From Histomonas meleagridis 2922-C6/04-290x (taxonomy: Eukaryota; Protista; Parabasalia): 64,000 nucleotides of DNA. The notes under the pieces were generated by a model that saw nothing but the letters and a program-made list of their open reading frames with translations, was not told the origin of the DNA and did no database searches. The DNA is taken from positions 62,001 to 126,000 of the forward strand of contig JAANOX010000225.1 in NCBI GenBank assembly GCA_020184695.1. Direction: 5' to 3'. Made by a program: the position numbers and the translations under genes. Below, one piece after another: positions 13,779-23,656 of this stretch (position 1 is its first letter; each line of letters begins with the position of its first letter).

Positions 13779-15342
13779 AAAATTTGATTTTTTATTTTAA
13801 TGTTTTTTATATTTAATTATAGTTTTATTAAAGTTATTAATGAAACTAAGATATTATCAAAACTACTTTTACTTGCTGCAAAAAAAGGTAAAAACGATGT
13901 TATAAAAATGCTTGTTAAAAAAGTTGGAATTGATTATTATTTTAAAGATATTATTTTATTGCCTTTAATATATATATTATCATCATTTGATATTTTATAT
14001 TAATTTTTGGAAATTATTTAGAGTACTTAATACAGCATTTATGTATGTAATTCAAAAAGGTAAAATAGAAATAGTCAAATTACTTCTTGAACAAGAAGGA
14101 ATTGATATAAATGCCCAAAATATATATTCATTTTATTTAAAATTTGTTTTAATAATTTTTAATTTTAAGATAATATTTGGAAATTATTTAAAGCATTTCA
14201 AACAGCACTTATTTTTGAAATGAAAAATAACTCTTTCGAAATAATCAAATTACTTCTTGAACAAGATGAAATAGATGTTAACATTAAAGATGCTATTTAT
14301 TACAATAATTTAACATTTGAATATAATATTTGGAAATAATATAATTTATTTAATACAGCACTTCTGCTTTCAGTGATAAATGGAAGCTATGATCTGGTTA
14401 AATTACTTATTGAACACGAAGGAATTAATATTAATGCTAAAGATATTTATTTGTTTTATTCAAAATTTGTTAAGTTCAATTAAAACTTTAAAAAAATATT
14501 TGGAATTTATTCAAGTTATTTTACACAGCTCTTAATTGGGCATCTCTTTATTGTCAGAAAGAAATTGTTGAATTACTTATTAAAAAAGATGGAATTGATA
14601 TTAATGCAAAAAATGTTTATTCATTGTATTTTATATTTGTTTTTTTAATTTAATATTTCAAAATAATATTTGGAAATTATTTATATCGTTTGAAACAGCA
14701 CTAATTATAGCATCTTCAAATGAGCATACATTTGAAATAGTTAAAATACTTCTTGAACATGAAGGAATTAATATTGATGCTAAAGATATTAAATTGTTTT
14801 ATATAAATTTTAATATAAGAATTTAAAGTTTATAAAATATTTTTGGAAACTATTAAAATCATTTAATTCTGCACTTAAATGGATAACTATCAAAGGGAAT
14901 AAAGAATTAGCAAAATTACTTGTAAATCATAAAGGTATTGATCTGAATATTAAAGATATTTATTATATTTATTTAGTATTACTTTGAATTGTTTGAATTT
15001 TCAATGTAATATTTGGAATATATTTAATGTTTTTTACACAGCACTAATGTGGGCAACAGTTAAAGGTTATGTGGATTTAGTCAAACTATTTCTTAAACAA
15101 AAGAGAATTGATATCAATGCTAAAGATATAATTTTATTATACTTAAATTTTGAATAAATAATTTAAAATTAAAAAGCAATTTTTGGAAATTATATCACAT
15201 ATTTAATTCTGCACTTAAATGTGCATCAATCAAAGGCAATAAAGAAATCGTAAAAATACTTATTAAACGAAGAGAAACTGATATTAATATTAAAGACATT
15301 TGTTGTTATCATTTAATATTAATTATAATAGTATGATATTTA

Positions 15343-17839
15343 CAAAGGGGGGTGAAAAAGTACCCGACCCACCCCTGTAATTCTTTATTAAGAATGAATT
15401 AAAACATAAAATGGTATTTATATATAAGTATAAACTCTAGTGTATTTAAGTATATAAAAATTTTTAAAAAATATAAATTCAGTAAAAAGTTATATACGTT
15501 TAAATTTTCGAACGTTTAAAATAATTGGTATTATGTCTATTGAGCAAAGGTATGTCATTCATTTTTGAATGCTATAGGGGGGACGGAAATGTTTTATCTT
15601 AAATATGATCCTTTTATTTTTTTTAATAAAAATTATATATATAAAAATACAAAAGACTGTGATAATAATGATATAATTTTTGAGATCAGAAATATTATAT
15701 ATATCAAGAAAATGTCGAAAAAAAATCTTCATATTGTCAATTTTTTTAAACATTTTTCATTTTTATGGAAGTCGAACAAAGAGCAGTCATATTTTTCCTG
15801 AAAAGAAAAGGCTTTAAACTCAGCCAAATTAAACAAGAGTTAGATGATGTTTATCATCAAGATGCACTTGATATTAATACCATAAAATATTGGGTGCATC
15901 AATTTAAATTAGGGAGATCTGAAATAACAAACATTCAAGATCCAGGAAGACCAGTACTTGATTTCATTGATTCAAAAATTTTGGCTGCACTCGAAATGGA
16001 ACCATTTCATTCGACATATACATTAAGTGAAGCCTTATCTATACCACGATCCACCATAAATGATCACCTCAATAAATTAGGCTTCCATTATTATAATTTA
16101 AGAGTGGTTCCATATGAACTGACATGTGAAATTAAAGAAGAAAGAGTGCGAAAAGCAACTGAGCTTCTTGATATCTTAAAAGTTAGTAAGAGAAAAGGTG
16201 TTCATAGAATCATAACTGGGGATGAATCATGGTTTTTCTTATCATATGATCACAAGCATATGTGGTCACAATCAAGAGATAATTCACATGAAATTATCGA
16301 TACAAAAATTGACACGATAAAATATATGGTAACTATTTTTTGAAATATTGATCAATTCTTTATAGTTGATATTATGAAAGATGGTGAAAAATTTAACTCG
16401 AAGTATTTTATTAATAATATAATTAAACCCTTGAAGCAAATTGTATACCCACAATAGAAAAAGCTCAATGAAAACCCATATGTTTTACATTTCGATAATG
16501 CATCTCCCCATACCTCTAATGCTTCAACTAAATTTTCGGTTGATAATGGTTTTAAATAAGCTCCACAGCCACCATATTCACCAGATCTTGCTCCTTCAGA
16601 TCTCTTTTTATTTGGTTTTTTAAAAAATCAACTAGAAGGAGAAAAATTCGAATTTTCAACAATTGCACGATAAAATAACTGAAATTTTGTGTGAAATTTC
16701 AAAGTATACTTTAGCAAAAGTTTTTGAAGAATGGATTGAAAGATGTCAATGGGTGATAAAGAACACAGGAAACTACTATCATAAGTAAACTTAAAAAAAA
16801 TAATTGAAATCTTTTGTTTCGATTCTATTATATTTAGGATAAAACATATCCGTCCCTCATACAAGGCCAAGGTTGCAGGAAAATCAAAAAGCAATTAGAT
16901 GAAACGTATAATAAGGAAGCATACTCTGAAACCCAAATAAAATATTGGATTAAAAGCTGGAAGGAGGGTAGAACCACAAGCGAAGATATCCCAGAGGGTG
17001 TAAGGCCAAAAATCGATAATAAGGGATTAATTTTAAATTATCTCAATGATGAACCTTATGCATCAACCAAGGTAATGGCAAAAGCTTTCCACGTTGATAA
17101 ATTTGTTGTTAAGAGAAACTTATTAGAAATGGATAATAATAAATATTCAAAAAAATGGATTCCTCATTTACTCACTAATGAACAAAAATTAAAAAGGGTC
17201 CAAGAGTCAGAAGAACTTTTAAAGATACTCGAGGCAGATGAACCGAACAATTTTGCCAATATTATTACTGGTGATGAAAGTTGGTTTAATATGCATTATG
17301 ATCATGCCTTTCAATGGGCACCAAATCCAGATTCTGTTACACCAAGGTTGAGACAAAGTATCAATACAGAAAAACGGATGGTTACAATATTCTTTACTGG
17401 TGTTGGCCTTGTAACAGTTAAGATTTTAGATTCAGGTTTAAAATTTAATTCAACACATTTTTGTGGATGCATTTTATCCAACATCGTCAAAAATGGACGA
17501 ATTGGTACTAGAGAAAAAAAAGTTAAGGGCATGTTTATTCATATGGACAACTGTCGCATTCATAATTCAAAAGTGACCACTGATTGTATAAAAAAAAGCG
17601 GACTAATAAGAGCACCCCATCCGCCATATTCCTCCGATATTGCACCAAGTGACTTCTGGTTTTTCGGATACTCGAAAAACAAGTTCGCAGTCAAAATGTG
17701 TTCCATGAATGGATTAACCGATTGGAAGATGTCATTAGAAACAATGGTGAATACATTAATTAAAAACATTAACTAAATTAATTAATATTAAAATTTGAGC
17801 ATTTTTGAGGGGTGGGTTGGGTACTTTTTCACCCCCCTG
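15343..17839 (+). mobile_element. Mariner (DD34D) element A, outer and disrupted
   Basis: TIRs are TA|CAAAGGGGGGTGAAAAAGTACCCGACCCACCCCT and AGGGGTGGGTTGGGTACTTTTTCACCCCCCTG|TA, with TA flanks. The transposase starts at 15533 (MSIEQRYVIHF*ML), resumes at 16862 (QGQGCRKIKKQL...) and continues into ORF 17075 (ITGDESW, HMDN...PYSSDIAPSD with 34-residue spacing). Confidence 0.92.
15575..16859 (+). mobile_element. Mariner (DD34D) element B, nested, about 1285 bp, pseudogenised transposase
   Basis: Imperfect TIRs (GGGACGGAAATGTTTTATCTTAAATAT vs ATATTTAGGATAAAACATATCCGTCCC) with TA at 15573-74 and 16860-61. Transposase 15765 to ~16786 has ITGDESW and HFDN...PYSPDLAPSD, three in-frame stops and a frameshift. 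Confidence 0.9.
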
Positions 17840-19419
17840 TATTATTTGGAAAATATTCAAATTATTTAATACAATATTTCAATGGGCAACATATAATGGT
17901 AAAACAAAATTTGTTAAAATATTTATTAAACTAAAAGATATTGATATCAATAATATAAATATTTATTTATTTGCATTAAAATCTATTATAATAAGTTGAT
18001 GTATCACAAGAATATTTGGAAATTAATTTGAATATTTAAAACAGCACTTATGATTGCATCTATTAAAGGTTACATAGAAATAGTTAAATTACTTCTTGAA
18101 AATATAGAAATTGATGTTAACATTAAAGATATTTATTCTGTTATAAATAGAGTTTTTTGCGTATATTTAATATTTTATAATGATATTTGAAATTAATTCA
18201 ACATATTTAAAACAGCATTAATGTTCGCATGCATTAGAGGATTTATAGATATAGTTAAATTGCTTCTTGAACATGAAGGAATTGACATTAATGTAAAAAA
18301 TGATTATATATCGAATTTAATATTTATTTTATTAATTTTATATATTAAAATAATATAAGGAAATTGTTTTGAGTATTTGCAACAGTACTTAAATTGGCAT
18401 GTCTTAACGGTAAAACAGAAATAGTTGAATTACTTCTTGAGAAAGAAGGAAATAATATTAATTCATATGATGTATATTTGTTTTCTTTGAAATTAATTTT
18501 AACAATTTTATGTATCAAATATATATTTGGAAATTATTTGAAACATTTAATACAGTACTTATTGATGTTGCTGATAAAGGTTATACAGAAATAGTTAAAT
18601 TACTTCTTGAGCAAGAAGGAATTTATATTAATGCTAGAGATATTTATTTGTTTTATTTAATGTTTATTTTAATAATTTGATATTTCAAAATAATATTTGG
18701 AAATTATTTAAATTATTTCTAACAGCACTCATGCATGCATCGAGAAATGGTCATATAGAAATAGTTAAATTACTTCTTGAACAAGAAGGAATTGATATTA
18801 AAGCTAAAGATATTATTTATTTATTTTTATATGTAATATGTTTCAATAATTTAATACATCAAAATAATATTTGGTCATTCTTTAAGTGATTTTGGACAGC
18901 ACAGAAATTTGCATCAGATCAATATAGAAAGGAAATAGTCAAATTAATTAAAAAACAAAAGAAAATTAAAAAAGACAAATGCATTCATAATTAATAAATG
19001 AAATAAACTTTTTTTTGACTTCTTTTCATGAGATTATATCCTGCAATGTTTAAATTGATTGAAAATTTTCTTATTAGAACTATACATATGCATAGTTTAT
19101 TGCCAAAAACATAAAAATTAGGATGCTATAAAAATCCTCTACCTAACTAGAGAATTTCTAGTCAAGGATTTTTTCAGCGTCTTAAAAATTCTGGCTTCTT
19201 ACCCAGCATGTCAGTTTAGAAAAAAGCTATATAATTCGGAAATTTTTGATGAAAAGAACCACTATGAAACCCAATTTCATTAAAATTATAATTTTAACAA
19301 TTGTGGTGTTTACAAATTGTAAAACCGATATGTTCAATTTCATTCAATTTGGGGCCAAACAGTTCCCTGCATGGACCAAACAAAGCTTGTTAAATTCATT
19401 TTCCAAAAAAGTAAAAAAT

Positions 19420-19511
19420 GTATGTTTATGCTTTGATGAATTCACGCTCAGCTCACTCTGAAAGTGATGATTTGTGAACATCTGAGCACATGTTACTCTT
19501 CTAACACATAG
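19420..19511 (+). other. Canonical trichomonad-type spliceosomal intron (92 nt) hosting the snoRNA
   Basis: 5' GTATGT at 19420. The 3' TCTAACACATAG at 19500-19511 is a 10/12 match to the trichomonad ACTAACACACAG branch-plus-acceptor motif. Confidence 0.7.
19429..19488 (+). ncRNA. Box C/D snoRNA, likely snR71/SNORD29-like
   Basis: Box C TGATGA 19434-39, D' CTGA 19458-61, C' GTGATGA 19464-70, D CTGA 19482-85, and a TGC/GCA terminal stem. The D' guide CTCAGCTCAC complements the conserved LSU rRNA sequence GUGAGCUGGG. Confidence 0.8.
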
Positions 19512-19975
19512 AAATTTTAATAATTTAAACAATAGATAAATAGACATAATATCTTGCTCCTATTAAAAGGTGTTTTATGCAGTAAAAAATTTATACCACA
19601 ACTTTATTTTTTTTTCCAAGTTAAGTAAATATTTATTTTTATATATGAAATTGGATATATTTTTTTGTGTACTTTTCAATTCCGGAATTTATTCCTTTGT
19701 AATTAAAAGCAGGAAGCTTTCTCTACAAGGAGAACCATAAAAATTATCAAATGAGAATAAAATTATCTCGATGATATGTAAAAACCAAAACGCTATATTT
19801 TAAAATAAATATTAAATTTAGGAACGACACCATAAAATTAAAGCTTTTAAAATTTGTAGCTTGCTCGTTTAGTGATTTTTGGATCAATTTCTTTTGGGTA
19901 ATTGACACTTTTCAAGATCCAGTTCCAACGGTTTTATAAGACAAGATTTGAGTCTTTTAAAGATTAATAATCCAA

Positions 19976-21499
19976 ATGAATTCCATCTCAAAAATAATAA
20001 AACATTATCGAAATGGTTATGGAAACCACCACGAAATTTGTGATGCCTTTGAAGAATTTATTCCTTGTTCAATACAGCCAACGTATTATTTAAAAGGGCA
20101 TAAAGGCTGTATCAACACTTGTTCTTTTAATAATTTTGGAAACAAACTTCTTACAGGTTGTGATGATGGTAGTGTATGGTTATGGGACATTGAGTCAAGA
20201 CCACAAGATCCACTTGTTCGAGTGCGTCCTCATATTTCCAATGTATTCACAACTAATTTTCTTTCTTCTAATACTTTAATTAGTGGTGGCAATGATGGTA
20301 CTGTTAAATATATTCAAATCAATGAATCCACCATTAATTGCACGTCATTCAATAATCATCACATTCGCAAAGTACTTTCATCATTTGTTATTGACGAAAA
20401 CACTTTTGTCACATGTGGATATGATTGTACCATTCGATTATTTGATGTTCGTCAACCATATCCTGGTACCGTGCAAACAGTTCTGCCATCTCTTACTATC
20501 GATGATTATAACTATGATGGCCAAGAAATGCTTGCAACCTCTCTTATTAGGAATCATATTAATCCACAATCTGATGGAGGTGGTTCAAGTATTCCTATAA
20601 CAACAAATCCTTACAACGAATCATTGCTTGTAGAAGTTGCTAAAGAAGAAGAAAATGAATTATTTTCAATGGACGTTTATCCAAATGATAGAAAACAATT
20701 TATATGTTCAACACAAGGTAGTGTTTTATGGTATGATTTAAGAAACATCCTTTGTGCTGACGAGACGCAAGCTATTGGTTTTAATGTTTCAAATCAAGAT
20801 CAAATCCTTCAATGTGTATCTGGTGTAGCTTTTAATAAGAATGGTACATTGATAGCAGCAAGTGTATTCGGTGCCGGCATTATTGTTTTTGACGTTGATA
20901 AAGCACAAAAAATTAGAGTATTACGACAAAATGAAGATAGTGATGAACAATTGTTCGATTTAATAGATTTCGTTCCAGAATATGAAATAAATAACTCTCA
21001 TATAATGAGGAGCTTGCAAAGAGCAATTAGTGTTTTGTCTGGTGAAGAAGAAGAAGAAGATTTTGGTGAAGAAGCTGGAGAAGAAGAAGAACCGTATTCG
21101 GAGAACGTTTATTTTTCAGAAGGAACCGATGGACTATCGGAGGAGGACGTTAGCGATGGGGTGGTCGCCCAACTCACAGAGCATTCTTCTGTAGAAACTA
21201 TAAAAGGGGTCAATTGGTATGGCGATTACGTTGTTACAGGAAGTGACGATGGATCTGTTTTCTTTTATGATGTAGAAAGAGAAAGAGTTGTAAATATAGT
21301 CAAAGCTCATCAATCAAATGTAAACGTTGTTGCTGTACATCCTAATAATCTTTTCATGGCAACAAGTGGGATGGATCAATATGCAGTGCTTTGGGAGCCA
21401 ATGCATGTTTCAAAAACAAATATGAATAATGTTATGCAAAGAATAGATGAACTAAATTCATTTCGCCCTATTAACATTACAGATTGTAATATATACTGA
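19976..21499 (+). CDS. WD40 repeat protein, DCAF8/DCAF6-like
   Basis: LKGHKGCINTCSFN...LLTGCDDGSVWLWD...HISNVFTTNFL, an acidic insert, and C-terminal VVTGSDDG / VAVHP / MATSGMD WD repeats. Confidence 0.8.
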   Translation: MNSISKIIKHYRNGYGNHHEICDAFEEFIPCSIQPTYYLKGHKGCINTCSFNNFGNKLLTGCDDGSVWLWDIESRPQDPLVRVRPHISNVFTTNFLSSNTLISGGNDGTVKYIQINESTINCTSFNNHHIRKVLSSFVIDENTFVTCGYDCTIRLFDVRQPYPGTVQTVLPSLTIDDYNYDGQEMLATSLIRNHINPQSDGGGSSIPITTNPYNESLLVEVAKEEENELFSMDVYPNDRKQFICSTQGSVLWYDLRNILCADETQAIGFNVSNQDQILQCVSGVAFNKNGTLIAASVFGAGIIVFDVDKAQKIRVLRQNEDSDEQLFDLIDFVPEYEINNSHIMRSLQRAISVLSGEEEEEDFGEEAGEEEEPYSENVYFSEGTDGLSEEDVSDGVVAQLTEHSSVETIKGVNWYGDYVVTGSDDGSVFFYDVERERVVNIVKAHQSNVNVVAVHPNNLFMATSGMDQYAVLWEPMHVSKTNMNNVMQRIDELNSFRPINITDCNIY

Positions 21500-21539
21500 G
21501 AAATACGATATTTTATATTATTTAGCATCAGAAAAAAAA

Positions 21540-22175
21540 TTATTCTGATTTAGTTGATTTAGCCGTAACAACAATAACAATAATGATGATAAGAGCAAGG
21601 ATAAAAATACCTGCTATTATGCCCAATTTGTACTTTTCCCAGCACATCTGTCGACGCATTGATGTGGATTTCCGATTAAATTGTTTGGAGCTTGTTACGA
21701 TGTTTTCTGCTCCATTATCTAGCGCTTCAATAGTGCTTCCTCTTAAGTAAACTTCTTTGATATTTTCTTTCATCAATTCTTGGGCTTCATTTAGGTTTTC
21801 ATGAATTTCTTTAATTTTATCTGTTTCCGTAAGTAATGACTTTATGACAGGACTAAACTCGCTTTGGAAGCTAAAAGATGATGCAGTGCTCCAATTTCTT
21901 CCATGTTTCATAAGAAAAGTTGTTTGTAACTTACGAAGAAAATCAAATGCATCATTAGCTGTGATATCTTGTGTTCCGATAACACTAAAGTTTATGCCAG
22001 TATCTAGTTGTTCAATAAATATTTTGTGTGTAGATTTTTCACATTGGAATCTTTGGTCTGATGGATTTAATTGTTTAAGAATACCTAAAATCAAAACATC
22101 AAAATTTCCACTCGAACATGCTTGTTGTGCAAGGATTATATCATGGCGAGCTACAGCTGCATACTCGAAAGGCAT
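21540..22175 (-). CDS. VAMP7: Longin R-SNARE (VAMP7-like)
   Basis: N-terminal longin domain, SNARE motif with zero-layer Arg (YLRGSTIEAL), and a C-terminal transmembrane helix. Confidence 0.85.
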   Translation of the reverse strand: MPFEYAAVARHDIILAQQACSSGNFDVLILGILKQLNPSDQRFQCEKSTHKIFIEQLDTGINFSVIGTQDITANDAFDFLRKLQTTFLMKHGRNWSTASSFSFQSEFSPVIKSLLTETDKIKEIHENLNEAQELMKENIKEVYLRGSTIEALDNGAENIVTSSKQFNRKSTSMRRQMCWEKYKLGIIAGIFILALIIIIVIVVTAKSTKSE

Positions 22176-22573
22176 GTTATATCTGGAAAGAAGTGCTTAC
22201 CTGAAATTTCAGTTGAGAAGATTAATATCGTATTGAAATCTCATATAAATTATTCAATTGCTACCTTCTTCACATCATCTGCCAAGGATCTTTATCATTG
22301 AATAAAAACGTCTATCAAAACAGACATAGGAATGACAATTAGTAAGAAAATATGATAAATTTAATAAAAAAGATTCTATCAAGAAATCATTAACATTAAA
22401 ATCAAATTAATTTCTAAAGCTGGCTATCAACTTTATATATTTATAATAAATCATTAAATTAAAGGATTGTGTTCCTTTAAAAGATAAGAACTAAGAAAAG
22501 AAGTTACTTTTCTTATCATTTTCAATTTGGAAAAAATGATAACTTTAATATATCATAATTTTAAAATATCGAT

Positions 22574-22647
22574 GCCATCGTAGCTCAATCGGCTAGAGCA
22601 TAAGACTCTTAATCTTGGGGTTGCGGGTTCGAGTCCCGCCGGTGGCT
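22574..22647 (+). tRNA. tRNA-Lys(CTT)
   Basis: Cloverleaf with GCCATCG/CGGTGGC acceptor stem, anticodon loop CT-CTT-AA, GTTCGAG T-loop and a T-run terminator. Confidence 0.97.
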
Positions 22648-23656
22648 TTTTTGCTACCAAACGCTAGTACCGATTTATGATTTGATATCTTCTGGAGAAT
22701 CCATGCTTTTTATACATATGATATTCATATTTTTCATTTGAGAGATTTTTTGTAGATAAGTATTGTATGAGGGGAATGAATTATTTTTTTTAAAATATAA
22801 ATACGGTATACGTCATATTTGTATATCATTAAGTATTTCCTGATGTTTTGATTAGCATTATGTCTTATGTATCTTTTAATATGAAAAAAATTTTATAAGA
22901 AGGATCGTTGGATTCAGCTTATATTACTTAATTTCTATTCAAGACTAGATAAATTGAATGAATTTTAATCACAGAATGTGAAATAAAACATTTTATTTTG
23001 TCCATTATTTCAAAGCATAAACAACTGACTAGTTGAACCAAAATTGAATATTGTCTTGTTGATGTTTCTTCGATAATTACGATTAACTTTCTAAAAACGA
23101 TTTGAAATACCCTATAACATTTTATCATTATATTATAGTAGTAGTAGAAAATCATCCATATACAATTTTTTAATAACATGTCAATTAGCATATTCAATCT
23201 ATGTTTCAACACATACGATAGAGGTATTAATTAATTTTTATTCTAATTTTCTGAAATAATTAGAAAAAAAATATGAGGCAACATGTAAATACCAAATAAT
23301 GAATACATTTTTAGAATATTTATTTTCTTTACCTAGCAAAGGATCATTACACCCTATACTTTTAAATTCTAAATTGAAGCCACTCTCACACCTGTACCTT
23401 TCTCCTTTAATCGATAAAAATTTGAATGCATTTTATTTATATTTTGTTTGTGACACTAAAATCGAAAGTTATAAATATTATTGATTTTGTACGACAATTC
23501 GCTTTACGCCGACCGTTTTCTTTAGACATTTTATCTCACAGTTTCCTTGGTGTTATATCTTTGATCGTTTAAGGATCAAATTGACACTTTTGCGTAAAAA
23601 CGATAGTCATTTTCTGTGGAAACGGCTTCCTAATGAAAAAGTCATGTTTCAATGGT

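Larger units (their letters stand above)
13950..18994 (+). repeat. Ankyrin module/spacer array 3 (14 modules plus terminal), interrupted by nested mariners
   Basis: Modules start at 14032, 14202, 14355, 14525, 14695, 14868, 15038, 15208, 17871, 18041, 18212, 18382, 18552 and 18722, with the terminal module at 18896-18994. Spacers are 82, 80, 63, 80, 80, 80, 80, 80, [74+TE], 80, 81, 80, 80, 80 and 84 nt. Confidence 0.9.

Noticed and set aside
13950-18994. CRISPR-like repeat-spacer array
   Set aside because: The repeats are 90-nt protein-coding ankyrin modules, the spacers resemble each other, the context is eukaryotic and no cas genes are present.
19243-19300. Second C/D snoRNA at TGATGA ~19247
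   Set aside because: No convincing D box, terminal stem or rRNA guide was found.
22928-23484. Short ORFs downstream of the tRNA
   Set aside because: They have AT-rich chance composition and no motifs.
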